DNA of 64,000 bases from an uncultured Bacilli bacterium (GTDB lineage Bacteria > Bacillota_I > Bacilli_A > RF39 > UBA660), in NCBI GenBank assembly GCA_934101795.1, contig CAKORY010000004.1, positions 18,468-82,467 on the forward strand, in the 5' to 3' direction. Each line of letters starts with the position of its first letter. Position 1 is the first letter of the stretch. A program made the position numbers and the translations under genes. Below, one piece after another: positions 1 through 12,082 of the stretch. The notes below the pieces were generated by a model, which searched no databases, was not told the DNA's origin, and worked only from the letters and a program-made list of their open reading frames with translations.

Positions 1-3
1 AAA

Positions 4-675
4 ATGCTTGAAAATTTGAAAAAAGATATTTATTTTAAAAAGTTATCCATATTACTAAAGTATTATTATAGTGAAGGAAAAATTTCTTTATTTGATGATA
101 AAATATTTAAAAGAATGGAAAGGACTTACATATGTGCTTTACCAGTTGTACTTCAAATAAAATATGCTATGTATTTTTTCCCCGAAGGTTCTTGCTATGA
201 CAGAAGTCTTTATATGTTTTTAGCTCTTGATAATGCTATTTTAGTACATGGTGATATAAAAAGTCTAGAATATTTATATGGTAAAGAATGTGCAGGACAT
301 GCTTGGATTGAACTTGGTGATTTTGTTTATGATCCAACCACTATGCAAAAATTTGATAAAAATGTTTATTATACTTTATATGAGTGCTCTAATGTAGAAA
401 AGATTAATAAAGAAGAATATTTAAAAACTAGTCGTGATTTTGTGAAGCAAAGTGTATCTTATGACATAAATGACTTTTTACCAAATGGAAGAAAGAGAAT
501 GCAACTTGCAAGCATTGTAATGCAAATTAAGAATAATGTTAAATGCATGAATGACGAACATTTTATAATGGATTTAGAAAAATATTTAGCATTAACTGAC
601 TATAATGAACAGAAATTAATTGAAGAACAAAGACAGTTTTTAAGTAGAAAAATTGATCTTGATAAATTAATGTAA
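4..675 (+). CDS. transglutaminase-like cysteine peptidase domain protein (hypothetical); starts at window edge, possibly 5'-partial
   Basis: 223-aa ORF. Ordered Cys (GSCYD), His (AGHAWIE) and Asp (VYDPT) with spacing typical of a transglutaminase-like/papain-fold catalytic triad. Nothing else recognisable. Confidence 0.4.
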   Translation: MLENLKKDIYFKKLSILLKYYYSEGKISLFDDKIFKRMERTYICALPVVLQIKYAMYFFPEGSCYDRSLYMFLALDNAILVHGDIKSLEYLYGKECAGHAWIELGDFVYDPTTMQKFDKNVYYTLYECSNVEKINKEEYLKTSRDFVKQSVSYDINDFLPNGRKRMQLASIVMQIKNNVKCMNDEHFIMDLEKYLALTDYNEQKLIEEQRQFLSRKIDLDKLM

Positions 676-730
676 TAAAGCATATTATAATAAAAAATAG
701 TAAACCAACATACAATTTAATGGTGGTTTT

Positions 731-1486
731 ATGCAAAATATAATCTTTCCCCTTACTTTATCTACACTTGCGGGTCTATCAACCTTAATCGGGGCTATAT
801 TCATATTTTTTAAAATTCAAGATAGAAATTTAAATAAATTTATTAGTTTTTGTTTAGCTTTTTCTATATCAGTTATGATTACTATAAGTATTTTAGATTT
901 AATACCAACATCATTTTATCAAATATCAAATATTTATGGAGTAGGGAAGAGCATTTTAATTCTCATTATAGCATTTATTATAAGTTATATTGTAATAACA
1001 TATTTAAGTGCTAGAATAGAAAAAGCAACACATAGTGCTGATTTATATAAATTAGGTATATTGAATATGATTGTATTGATACTTCATAATCTTCCTGAGG
1101 GTATTGCAACATTTTTAAGTAGTTATCATAATACATCTTTAGGTATTAAACTATCAATTGCCATAATGCTTCATAATATTCCCGAAGGTATATCAATTGC
1201 TGTACCAATTTATTATGCCACAAGAAACAGAAAAAAAGCTATCAAAGCAACATTATTATCTGGGTTATCAGAACCACTCGGAGCACTACTTGCTTTTGTT
1301 TTTTTAAAAAGATATGTATCAGATGTTATGATTAGTATAGTTTTAATTGTGGTTGCTGGTTTAATGATTACTTTATCTATTCAAGAAATGTTACCTAAAG
1401 CATTAAAATATAAAGAAAATAAATATATTTATTTAGGCTTATTAATTGGCACAGTTTTAGTAATAATTAATGTGCTTATTAGTTAG
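731..1486 (+). CDS. zupT: ZIP-family zinc transporter
   Basis: 251-aa polytopic membrane protein with two HN(L/I)PEG(I) motifs (HNLPEGIATF, HNIPEGISIAVP) characteristic of ZupT/ZIP. RBS GGTGG upstream of the ATG. Confidence 0.85.
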   Translation: MQNIIFPLTLSTLAGLSTLIGAIFIFFKIQDRNLNKFISFCLAFSISVMITISILDLIPTSFYQISNIYGVGKSILILIIAFIISYIVITYLSARIEKATHSADLYKLGILNMIVLILHNLPEGIATFLSSYHNTSLGIKLSIAIMLHNIPEGISIAVPIYYATRNRKKAIKATLLSGLSEPLGALLAFVFLKRYVSDVMISIVLIVVAGLMITLSIQEMLPKALKYKENKYIYLGLLIGTVLVIINVLIS

Positions 1487-1891
1487 ATAGAGAAGGGGAA
1501 GTTCTAATAATAAATAAAAATATTAAATATTTTGATTATTGTTTTAGCTACTATTTATATCAATATGACTTGAGCAAGTTTTAAACAATCAATTATTAAA
1601 TAAGAGCATTTATATTAATTATATTTTTGTTAAACAATAATATATAGTGATTAATAAAAATATATTTATAAATATTTTTCAGATGATTAAGTTAACATAA
1701 TATATATTATTTAGAATATATTTTTAATTAATAATTAACTAATTTTATCGAAGAAATCTCTAATTTTATTACTTTGAGTTATATTATACTATTTTATTAT
1801 GCTAAGCTTAATAAGCAAATTGATATTTTAATATATAATTAATTACAATTGATTATTAATAATATTTTAATTATTAACAATAATGTTTTTA

Positions 1892-1973
1892 TTATAACCT
1901 TATTTATATTTAAATAATGATATATACGCGTTTATAACCTTATATTTATATATAATAAGGATATATGCGTATA
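1892..1973. repeat. two imperfect ~40-nt direct repeats (ttataaccttat..taa.taa.gatatatRcg) in a 540-nt AT-rich intergenic region
   Basis: Read directly from sequence at 1892-1930 and 1931-1973; about 80% identical. Confidence 0.4.
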
Positions 1974-1986
1974 TGAAAAAAATATG

Positions 1987-2017
1987 CCCCCTATTTTTTG
2001 AAAAAAATTGATAGGGG
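1987..2017. terminator. bidirectional intrinsic terminator hairpin (CCCCTAT-loop-ATAGGGG) flanked by T/A runs, immediately after the stop of the 2025-2999 minus-strand gene
   Basis: 7-bp GC-containing stem with A/T runs on both sides, which is rare GC in this AT-rich DNA. Confidence 0.6.
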
Positions 2018-2024
2018 ACTTTAA

Positions 2025-2999
2025 TTATTCTTTTTTAGATAGAGTTGTAAAAATTAGAGCTATTATAATCATTAGAATAAAATCTACTATTAGTTTACTT
2101 AATAATAAATTTAAATTAAGTAAATTATATAGTATGTATACAAAGAAACATGATAATATTATTCTAAATATCTTTTTTAATAAAAATAATGCATTTCGAG
2201 ATATTAAGTTATTCTTATAAATACTATTATAATTCATAGCAATATGTATAACTATCCCTACTACTTCGGAAACAGTTGTTGCTACAATAATACCTTTTAA
2301 ATCATTATTTGCATCTCTTACATAAAATATTATTACAAATAATACTAATGCAATAAAATATGGTATTATTGATTTAATTATATATGGAATAAGAGTTTTT
2401 AGATAGGGGATTGGTTTAAAGTTATGCTTCCCTACTCTCTTTTCTTTTTTTCGCCAAATAGTTTTAATGTTTTTTTCTTTAATTGGTATGTTTTCATTAA
2501 TAGCTGTTATTAAATAATTATTGTGGTTATTTTTGTTTTTTAAGCCTTCTAGCAATCTTTTAAATAAATCTATACTAATTGCCTTAATATCTGGTAAAAC
2601 ACTCTTAAAATTGGTATTAAATAAAGAATTAAATACTTTATTTATTGTTTTTTCTCCAAAACTATAATTATCATTTACGCCAAATATAATAGATGTACTA
2701 TTTTCTATTGCATCTAGACCACATTTAGCAATATCATCTCTAGTTGTATTTATTATATCATCTACAAATACAATAGATTTTATTTCTAAATTTTTATCTT
2801 TAATATAATGTTCTAAATCAAATAAATAATCATATGTATGACCATTTACTACTCTTATATTACTTAAATTTAATATATTTGATCCTTTATTGCATACAAG
2901 TATATTACTAAATACTTCCTCTACTCGGTCAATTGCATTTTTTAATTCTTCAATATTTTCATTATACCAATTTATTACTACTAACATATCTTTATTCAT
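2025..2999 (-). CDS. membrane protein, glycosyltransferase-like N-terminal domain fused to GtrA-like multi-TM C-terminal region (hypothetical)
   Basis: 324 aa. N-terminal soluble region with a weak GT2-like pattern (VVINWYNE, VFVDDII). C-terminal about 120 aa with 3-4 hydrophobic helices. The assignment is weak. Confidence 0.35.
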   Translation of the reverse strand: MNKDMLVVINWYNENIEELKNAIDRVEEVFSNILVCNKGSNILNLSNIRVVNGHTYDYLFDLEHYIKDKNLEIKSIVFVDDIINTTRDDIAKCGLDAIENSTSIIFGVNDNYSFGEKTINKVFNSLFNTNFKSVLPDIKAISIDLFKRLLEGLKNKNNHNNYLITAINENIPIKEKNIKTIWRKKEKRVGKHNFKPIPYLKTLIPYIIKSIIPYFIALVLFVIIFYVRDANNDLKGIIVATTVSEVVGIVIHIAMNYNSIYKNNLISRNALFLLKKIFRIILSCFFVYILYNLLNLNLLLSKLIVDFILMIIIALIFTTLSKKE

Positions 3000-3069
3000 T
3001 TTATAACACCTACTTTATTTTAACACTATATTTACTTTTAGTCAAAAAGAAAAGAAGGTTTTAACTTCT

Positions 3070-4701
3070 TTAAATTTCTATTTCTTCACCATTAGCGCAG
3101 ATGCAACTAGAAGTACTAGAACTAAGTACTTCGCCACCTGGACAAATATTTTGACAAGTATTATCAATTATATTATTAGAAATACTTCCCCATATAGAAT
3201 CAGTAAAATTTTGAATAAAAGTATACGCTTTAAATTTGCTAATTATATTCATTACGTTATTTATTATAATTTGACTATCTTCTTCGGATATATTTTCAAT
3301 GTTAGTTGCATTACTAAAGTTTTTCTTAGTTACTAAATTATTACCATACTTTTCGTTGTTTTTAATGTCTAAAGTGATATTATAATCATTATAAGTTAAA
3401 TTTACTTTTCCAGAAACATCATTTGTTTTATTATTTTTGCTTGATACTATATTTAAATTACCATTTATTTTGATGTTTTTTGAATTTATTTTAATGTCAA
3501 CATTTGATGTATTTTTCTTTTCACTATTTATTGTAATATCTAAACTTGTATCAGTTGTAGTATAAACAATCATTGCTTTATTATCTGATACTTCAAGTTT
3601 TGCTTGAGCTGGATTGTTATTTTCATCTTTTCCATTAATAACAATTTTTTCTTTTGTTATTTCAACTTCATATTCATCTTCATCACTAGTTATTTTATAC
3701 TTATTTTTATCTATTTTTACACCTTTTATTTCTTTTTCATCACTTTTTATAGTAAAATTTTCTATAGTGTTATTAAGCATTTTAACTTCAATAGTAATTT
3801 TTACATTTTCTAAAGTTATAGCATTTTCTTCAGTTATAATATTAGATAAAGCTTTATCTTCATTAACTAGTTTCATGAATTTATCATTAATTTTGTCTTT
3901 ATTTGTATCATTAATTTCATATGTATAAATAACATTTAAACCATCATATTTTGTATTTAAATTTGCTTCTTTTAAAGCTTCAAATAGGTGTTTTATAATA
4001 TTATTGGCGATTAATTCAATGTCATATTTAGTGAAAGATTTTAACTTTTCAGTATATTCATCTACATTACCAAAAAGATTATCATCACTTTTTATAGTTA
4101 GTACTTTATTAATTATATCTTTGCTATCAATATAGATTTTGTTATTATCAATTGCAAGTTTGCCTGTTAAAGTACCTGTATCTTGTTTTAAGCTTATATC
4201 CATATCAATATAATTATTTTTTAAACTTTGGTTAGATTTTAAACCAATTTCTAAATTATTTAAATCTTTTAATTTGCTTGATGTAGTTGTTAACTTAATA
4301 TTTGAATCACTAACTACATCATATTTATCAATGTTATTTAAGTAATCTTTATTAATTGTTATTCCTTCAAAAACTTTATTTATAAAGGTATTAATATTTT
4401 TAGAACTTTGATCTAAAAAACTTGATGCAGTATATTTATTTTTAATAAATAGATAGCCTCCGATACTAAGTAAAAGTATAATAAATACAATGACTAAAGT
4501 TATAATTAGCCCTTTTTTACTTTTCTTTTCTCTAAAATCTTCAAAGCCTATGTTGTTTTTTTCTTCTTTGGGTAATTCTGCAACTTTGCTACCCATCGCT
4601 ATGTTTTCTGAAGTATCGTTTACTACTTCAGGTGTTGGGTTATTATTTATACCCATTTCATTTTCATTTTTTAATTCTTCATCCATTTTTTTCAACCTCA
4701 C
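3070..4701 (-). CDS. single-pass membrane-anchored Asn/Lys-rich surface protein with Cys-rich C-terminal tail (hypothetical)
   Basis: 543 aa. Short cytoplasmic N-terminus, one TM (GLIITLVIVFIILLLSIGGYLFI), a long low-complexity ectodomain and a C-terminal CQNICPGG...SSCICANG. Lies downstream of dnaJ on the same strand. Confidence 0.5.
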   Translation of the reverse strand: MRLKKMDEELKNENEMGINNNPTPEVVNDTSENIAMGSKVAELPKEEKNNIGFEDFREKKSKKGLIITLVIVFIILLLSIGGYLFIKNKYTASSFLDQSSKNINTFINKVFEGITINKDYLNNIDKYDVVSDSNIKLTTTSSKLKDLNNLEIGLKSNQSLKNNYIDMDISLKQDTGTLTGKLAIDNNKIYIDSKDIINKVLTIKSDDNLFGNVDEYTEKLKSFTKYDIELIANNIIKHLFEALKEANLNTKYDGLNVIYTYEINDTNKDKINDKFMKLVNEDKALSNIITEENAITLENVKITIEVKMLNNTIENFTIKSDEKEIKGVKIDKNKYKITSDEDEYEVEITKEKIVINGKDENNNPAQAKLEVSDNKAMIVYTTTDTSLDITINSEKKNTSNVDIKINSKNIKINGNLNIVSSKNNKTNDVSGKVNLTYNDYNITLDIKNNEKYGNNLVTKKNFSNATNIENISEEDSQIIINNVMNIISKFKAYTFIQNFTDSIWGSISNNIIDNTCQNICPGGEVLSSSTSSCICANGEEIEI

Positions 4702-4740
4702 TACTTTTATTATATTTTATATTATATCATTATTTGACAA

Positions 4741-4766
4741 AAAAATAAAGACTATTTTTAGTCCTT
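4741..4766 (-). terminator. putative intrinsic terminator after dnaJ
   Basis: On the minus strand, hairpin AAGGACTA-aaaa-TAGTCTTT followed by ATTTTTTTG, directly after the dnaJ stop. Confidence 0.5.
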
Positions 4767-5892
4767 ATTTCATGTATTTATTAAAATTCTTAAATTCTGG
4801 TGAGTCTTCTAAGTCAGTTTGAGCTAAATCTTGAAGTAATGCTTTTTGCTTTCTATCAAGTTTAGTTGGAATAATTATATTTATTACAGCATACATATTT
4901 CCTTTTGATATTGAATTAGGAAGTTTAATACCTTTACCTTTGATTTTAAGTTTTGTATAATTTTGGGTACCAGCTTTAATCTCAAGTATAATATTACCAT
5001 ATAGTGTAGGTATTTCTTTTTTACATCCAAGAGTGGCATCGGTGATCGTAACTGGTACTTCAAGATAAATATCTGCGCCATCTCTTTCAAATAATGGATG
5101 TTCTTTAATTTTAAATTCAAGGAACACATCACCATTTGGTCCTCCATTTAAACCAGCGTTTCCTTTTCCAGAAAGTCTTAATTGATATCCTTCATCTACA
5201 CCTTCTGGAATAGTAACTGTTAGTGTTTTGACTTTTTCTACCACACCTTTACCATGACATTCATCACATATTGTTTCATAAGTTTTACCGCGGCCTTTAC
5301 AATCTGGACATGTTTTTTGAGTTTGCATGTAACCAAATATTGTTTGGGCTTGTTCTAATACTTTACCTGCTCCACCACAAGTACGACATGTTTTTTCGTT
5401 AAATCCACCTTTACCTTTACAACTTGAACATTCACTTGTTAAATTTAATTTAACATCTTTTTCACAACCAAAGGCTGCTTCTTCAAATGTTAGATTTAGA
5501 ACTACACGAATGTCTTCACCTTTAGATGGACGTGATGATGCTCTTGAAGAGCCTCCAAAACCTGAAAATCCACGGAAACCTCCGCCAAAAAGGTCACCAA
5601 GAATATCTTCTAAGTCAATATCCCCCATGTTGAAACCTTGGAAACCAGCCCCTCCGCCAGATCCACCGTTTTCAAAAGCTGCATGACCAAATTGATCATA
5701 TTGGCGTCTTTTATTTGCATCTGAAAGTACAGAATAAGCTTCACCAATTTCTTTAAATTTTTCTTCAGCACCTGGAGTTTTATTGATATCTGGGTGATAC
5801 TCTTTAGCAAGTTTTCTAAATGCTCTTTTTATTTCTTCATCTGTAGCAGTTTTACTGACTCCTAAGACTTCATAATAATCTTTTTTATTCAT
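4765..5892 (-). CDS. dnaJ: molecular chaperone DnaJ
   Basis: J-domain ([30 protein letters not shown]), Gly-rich linker, and a four CxxCxGxG zinc-finger region. Confidence 0.95.
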   Translation of the reverse strand: MNKKDYYEVLGVSKTATDEEIKRAFRKLAKEYHPDINKTPGAEEKFKEIGEAYSVLSDANKRRQYDQFGHAAFENGGSGGGAGFQGFNMGDIDLEDILGDLFGGGFRGFSGFGGSSRASSRPSKGEDIRVVLNLTFEEAAFGCEKDVKLNLTSECSSCKGKGGFNEKTCRTCGGAGKVLEQAQTIFGYMQTQKTCPDCKGRGKTYETICDECHGKGVVEKVKTLTVTIPEGVDEGYQLRLSGKGNAGLNGGPNGDVFLEFKIKEHPLFERDGADIYLEVPVTITDATLGCKKEIPTLYGNIILEIKAGTQNYTKLKIKGKGIKLPNSISKGNMYAVINIIIPTKLDRKQKALLQDLAQTDLEDSPEFKNFNKYMK

Positions 5893-5895
5893 TTT

Positions 5896-7170
5896 TTACT
5901 CCTTTCCAGCTATAGTGATATTATCTAAAAGTAGTGAAGGCACATTTACACTTAAACTAAATTTAGATAAATCACTACCAACTTCAATAACATTTGTAAA
6001 TACTTCAAAAAAGTTAGTTGATAATATAATCATGTTTAATCCTTTAGTTATTTTACCATTTTGAACCAGTAAGCCTTCCGCTTGAACTGAGATATTTCCA
6101 GTCTTTTTGTCAACTCCGGCATGAAAACCATAAGCTTCATCAATTATAACTCCATTATCAAGTTCTTTAACTAGTTCATCAAATGATTTATTTCCTTTTT
6201 CAATATATAAATTATTAACTCCATTTGCATTACCAGTTGCATTGTTTTCTAACTTCATAGCATATTCAATATTATTTATTTCTTTAACAAATATACCTTT
6301 ATCTACTAAAACTTGTTTCTTTTTTAATGTTCCTTCACTATCAAAATTTGAATTAAGTATTCCATTTGGTGAATCTTCAATAATAGTTATTTTATCACTA
6401 AATATTTTTTTATTTAATTTATCTGATAATACAGATTCATTTAAATATATAACTTTACTTTGAAAAGATGTACTAAATGTAGAAAGAATGCTTTCAACAA
6501 CATTATTTGTAAGAAGAACTTTATATTTATTAGTTGCAAGTGAAGTACTATCTATTTTAATTAATAAATTTTCTATTCTTTTAAGTAAATATTCTTTAAA
6601 TTCATTAAAATTATATTCTTTAGTATAAAACCCGATATAAAGTACTCTGGTTTGATTGTTTTTTTCTACTGTTATAGATGCACCATAAGAGTTAAGATAT
6701 GTTTCATCTTCCATATTACAGTTATTTAACTCATTAGTTATAAGTTTACCAATTTCAGCATGTGAAAATCCAGTTTCAATAGTTTTAATACAAGAATATT
6801 TATTTTTTAATTCATTAAGTGATAATAAATCTTCTGTAACTTTAGTATAGTCTATTTTTTCGTGTTTTTTTACTTTATTTTTAATGTTTCCAGAGCATAA
6901 TCTATTACTATTTTTGTTATCACTGGTATTAAACATTTCTTCTAAAGTGTTAATAATTTCATCGGTATTTTTAATATTTTCTGTAACTATTTTAACACAT
7001 CTATTATTTTTTATAGCTTTAATAATATAACTTGTTACATTAGTTATTTGAAATAGTTTAACTTTATTATTTAATGTACTTATATCTGTAGAATTATTTT
7101 TTTCTTTAAATATTTCAATATCAATATTATGTTTTTTACCAAGTTCAATTAATTTATTCACTTTTTTCAC
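5896..7170 (-). CDS. tldE: TldE/PmbA-family protein (partner of TldD metalloprotease)
   Basis: 424 aa, PmbA/TldE-like C-terminal region (GFHAGVDKKTGNISVQAEGLLVQNGK...). Overlaps the upstream TldD gene by 17 nt. Confidence 0.7.
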   Translation of the reverse strand: MKKVNKLIELGKKHNIDIEIFKEKNNSTDISTLNNKVKLFQITNVTSYIIKAIKNNRCVKIVTENIKNTDEIINTLEEMFNTSDNKNSNRLCSGNIKNKVKKHEKIDYTKVTEDLLSLNELKNKYSCIKTIETGFSHAEIGKLITNELNNCNMEDETYLNSYGASITVEKNNQTRVLYIGFYTKEYNFNEFKEYLLKRIENLLIKIDSTSLATNKYKVLLTNNVVESILSTFSTSFQSKVIYLNESVLSDKLNKKIFSDKITIIEDSPNGILNSNFDSEGTLKKKQVLVDKGIFVKEINNIEYAMKLENNATGNANGVNNLYIEKGNKSFDELVKELDNGVIIDEAYGFHAGVDKKTGNISVQAEGLLVQNGKITKGLNMIILSTNFFEVFTNVIEVGSDLSKFSLSVNVPSLLLDNITIAGKE

Positions 7171-8527
7171 CTCCGACGAGTATATGACTTACCTTTATGC
7201 GTGGCATTCCAACGTTTACTGGAACTGAACCACTAATAGATCCACACATTCCTTGTCCAAGTGATAAGTTATCTCCGATCTTTTCTACGCTTGCAAGTAT
7301 ATCCTTACAATTGCCAATTAAACTAGCAGATTTAACGCATTCAGCCAGTTTTCCATCTCTAATCATATATGCTAAATCACATGCAAAGTTAAAATCTCCA
7401 GTTTCTGGTGAAACACTTCCTCCACCCATTTTCTTAGCATATAGTCCTAATTTAATGTCTTTAATCATATCTTCAAAAGTGTCTGTTCCTTTTTCAAGAT
7501 ATGTATTATTCATTCTGGAAGTCGGAGCATATATGTAACTTTCTCTTCTGGAACTTCCCGTTGGTTTCATCTTCATCTTTCGATTATTTATTTCATCAAT
7601 TAAATATCCTTTTAAAATACCGTTTTCAATAAGTACATTTCTTTTTGTTTCTCGGCCTTCATCATCTATTTTGGTTGTTCCCCATTCATCAAATAATGTT
7701 CCATCATCAATGATACTAACTTTTTCACTTGCTATTTTTTTATTTAAATCATGGCTTAATACTGATAATCCATCCGCAACAGATGTTGCTTCCATAGCAT
7801 GACCACAAGCTTCATGAAATATTACTCCTCCAAAGCCATTTTCAATTATAACTGGCATTTCACCACCTGGACATAGAGATGCATATAGCTTATCTATTCC
7901 TTCTTTAATAAGTTCATTAATTATTTCATCAAATTTGATTTCATCAAGTAGATCTAGACTTGTTGTTTTACCTAATGAATAAGAAATATTACATGTTTTA
8001 TTCCCATCTTTAAAACTTATGATAATAACTAGTCTAGTTCTTTCTCTTTCTTCATTTTTGAATAAACCATTTTCACGAGCAACTGTAACATCCTGTTTAA
8101 CATTTTGAAGAGTTATATTTACTTGATTTATCCTGCGATCTTTACTTCTGATTTTCTTGTCTAAGTTATTAAATAAGTTCTTAATGTTATCATTTGTATA
8201 ATGAGTTTTATGGTTATTTTTATATTTTTTTAATCTATTTAAAGATACATAAGTATATATTACTTTATCTTTAATATTACTTTTTAGAGTATCTACGATA
8301 GAATTAATATTTTTCTTATTAAAATCGTTAGTAGCAGCATAATAAACGTTACTATCTTTAGCAAGTCTAAGGCCAAGGCCATTTGAAAAATTTACATTAT
8401 AACCATCTAGATTACTATCAATGTAATTAAATATTGTAGTTATTTTATTTTCCATGAAAATTTCTGCAAAGTCACCACCAGTTGATAACATGTCTTCCAA
8501 GATTCTTTCTAATCTATCTTTTTTCAT
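7154..8527 (-). CDS. tldD: TldD-family zinc metalloprotease
   Basis: 457 aa with an HEACGH zinc-binding motif and the TldD-type GxC...GMP C-terminal region. RBS AGGAG 7 nt upstream of the ATG. Confidence 0.8.
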   Translation of the reverse strand: MKKDRLERILEDMLSTGGDFAEIFMENKITTIFNYIDSNLDGYNVNFSNGLGLRLAKDSNVYYAATNDFNKKNINSIVDTLKSNIKDKVIYTYVSLNRLKKYKNNHKTHYTNDNIKNLFNNLDKKIRSKDRRINQVNITLQNVKQDVTVARENGLFKNEERERTRLVIIISFKDGNKTCNISYSLGKTTSLDLLDEIKFDEIINELIKEGIDKLYASLCPGGEMPVIIENGFGGVIFHEACGHAMEATSVADGLSVLSHDLNKKIASEKVSIIDDGTLFDEWGTTKIDDEGRETKRNVLIENGILKGYLIDEINNRKMKMKPTGSSRRESYIYAPTSRMNNTYLEKGTDTFEDMIKDIKLGLYAKKMGGGSVSPETGDFNFACDLAYMIRDGKLAECVKSASLIGNCKDILASVEKIGDNLSLGQGMCGSISGSVPVNVGMPRIKVSHILVGGEKSE

Positions 8528-8588
8528 ATTTCTCCTTTAAACGGGTAAAAAGAGAGTTAAGACGCTCTCTTTTATCCTTTAATTTAAA

Positions 8589-10415
<1,827 letters not shown>

Positions 10416-10447
10416 TCATTCCTTTCATTTATTTTTCTTGAGCTTAA

Positions 10448-10975
10448 TTATTCATTTACTTTTACCATAGCAACTCTGATAACTTTGTCTTTATAAGTAT
10501 AACCTTTTTGTAAGACTTCAATTACAACATTGCTAGGTAAGTTTTTATCATTATCTGTAAGAACTGCTTCCATCTTATTTGGATCGAATTCTAGTCCTTT
10601 ACATTCTATTTCTTTTACTTCTAATTCTTGTAAAATATTTACTAAATTAGTATATATCATCTTAAATCCACTTAAGAATTTAGACACTTCATCAGATAAA
10701 TCTCTATCATCTAAGCTAATAGCTCTTTCGAAGTTATCTACGATTGGCAATATTTTAGTAATTAATTTTTCTCCATCATATTTGCATAATTTACTAATTT
10801 CTTCTTCGTTTCTTCTTTTCATATTTTGCATTTCTGCCATAACTCGAAGAAGTTTTTCATTTAATTTAGCATTTTCTTCTGCAATCTTTTTATTTTCGGT
10901 ATTATCTACTTTTTTAGGTTCTTTTTTCTTTATATTTTTAACCTTTTGTTTTCCTTTTACTTTCTTTTCTTCCAT
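10448..10975 (-). CDS. grpE: nucleotide exchange factor GrpE
   Basis: 175 aa, with a coiled-coil N-terminus and the GrpE C-terminal beta domain (IEVLQKGYTYKDKVIRVAMVKV). The start overlaps the hrcA stop (TAATG). Confidence 0.9.
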   Translation of the reverse strand: MEEKKVKGKQKVKNIKKKEPKKVDNTENKKIAEENAKLNEKLLRVMAEMQNMKRRNEEEISKLCKYDGEKLITKILPIVDNFERAISLDDRDLSDEVSKFLSGFKMIYTNLVNILQELEVKEIECKGLEFDPNKMEAVLTDNDKNLPSNVVIEVLQKGYTYKDKVIRVAMVKVNE

Positions 10976-11982
10976 TATTTATCCTTTCTACTATCGAGTT
11001 TCTCGTCGATATATTCTAATAAACCAACAATTCTTTGATAGTCCATTCTCTTTGGCCCAATTACCGCAATTGTTCCTTCTTCACCATTAATATGATATTT
11101 TTTTCTAATAATAGTTACATTTGAATCAAACTTATTTTCTTTGCCAATATAAACTTTAATTTCATCTTCATCACTATTTTCTTCAACTTTTGCAATAAAA
11201 GATTTATCTTCTAGTTTATTTGCAAGTCTTTTAAGTTCTGAAATATCATTATATTCTGGCTGTTCAAATATTTTTGTTTTACCAGTTACATGAATATTAC
11301 TATTATTATTTACAAAATCATTAAAAGCATCATAGAAGATATTGTACACTGTTTCATATTGTCTAATTTGTGTTTTTATAATTGGTTTTACTTCAAATTC
11401 AAGTCGTTTGCTTACATCATTTATTGGTGTGCCCACTAGCATTTTATTGATTATTTCACTAGTTTTAATAACTTCTTTAACATTTATATTATTATCTAAA
11501 GTAAACATTTTATTTTCAATGTTTCCTTTATCCGTACACACAACTGCCACAACTTGATTATTGCCTAAATCAATAATATTAATCTGTAAAAGTGTATTAT
11601 CTTCACTATTTTTTCCTAGAACTACGCTTGTATAATTGGTTATTTCACTAATTATATCCATACATTTATTTATGGCATCGCTTAATTCTAAATCAGTATT
11701 TGCAAATATCTTTTGTAGTTTTAACATATCACCACCAGTAAGTTTTTCTGGTTCCATTAAGTTATTTACATAATATCTGTATCCCGATTCACTTGGAACA
11801 CGTCCTGAAGATATATGATTTTTTTCTAAGTATCCCATATCCTCTAACTCTGCCATTTCATTTCTAATCGTGGCACTAGATAAGTTAAACATATCACATA
11901 AAGCTTTTGAACCGACTGGTCTTGCTGTCTTAATATATGTTTCAACAATTACTTTTAAGAGATTATTTTTACGTTCATCCAT
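10975..11982 (-). CDS. hrcA: heat-inducible transcription repressor HrcA
   Basis: HrcA family (winged-helix N-terminus ...ARPVGSKAL...). The ORF-track start at 12003 is an in-frame GTG that runs through the CIRCE element. The ATG at 11982 is preceded by RBS AGAGAGG, so it is the preferred start. Confidence 0.9.
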   Translation of the reverse strand: MDERKNNLLKVIVETYIKTARPVGSKALCDMFNLSSATIRNEMAELEDMGYLEKNHISSGRVPSESGYRYYVNNLMEPEKLTGGDMLKLQKIFANTDLELSDAINKCMDIISEITNYTSVVLGKNSEDNTLLQINIIDLGNNQVVAVVCTDKGNIENKMFTLDNNINVKEVIKTSEIINKMLVGTPINDVSKRLEFEVKPIIKTQIRQYETVYNIFYDAFNDFVNNNSNIHVTGKTKIFEQPEYNDISELKRLANKLEDKSFIAKVEENSDEDEIKVYIGKENKFDSNVTIIRKKYHINGEEGTIAVIGPKRMDYQRIVGLLEYIDEKLDSRKDK

Positions 11983-11996
11983 AATATTACCTCTCT

Positions 11997-12023
11997 TTAG
12001 CACTTACTTTTCACCAGTGCTAA
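11997..12023 (-). promoter_or_regulatory. CIRCE operator (TTAGCACTG-N9-AAGTGCTAA on the transcribed strand)
   Basis: 9-N9-9 inverted repeat matching the CIRCE consensus TTAGCACTC-N9-GAGTGCTAA at 8/9 + 8/9. It lies directly downstream of a sigma-A promoter and 15 nt upstream of the hrcA ATG. Confidence 0.85.
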
Positions 12024-12027
12024 TACT

Positions 12028-12056
12028 ATTATAATATTATGCTTAGCACTTGTCAA
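12028..12056 (-). promoter_or_regulatory. sigma-A promoter of the hrcA operon (-35 TTGACA, 17-nt spacer, -10 TATAAT)
   Basis: Perfect consensus hexamers read on the minus strand. The spacer contains an extra CIRCE half-site AGTGCTAAG. Confidence 0.6.
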
Positions 12057-12082
12057 TATATAACTGCTAATTTTTGTAAAAT

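Noticed and set aside
2008-2220. 70-aa plus-strand ORF
   Set aside because: Starts inside the bidirectional terminator hairpin and runs antisense into the 2025-2999 gene. No RBS.
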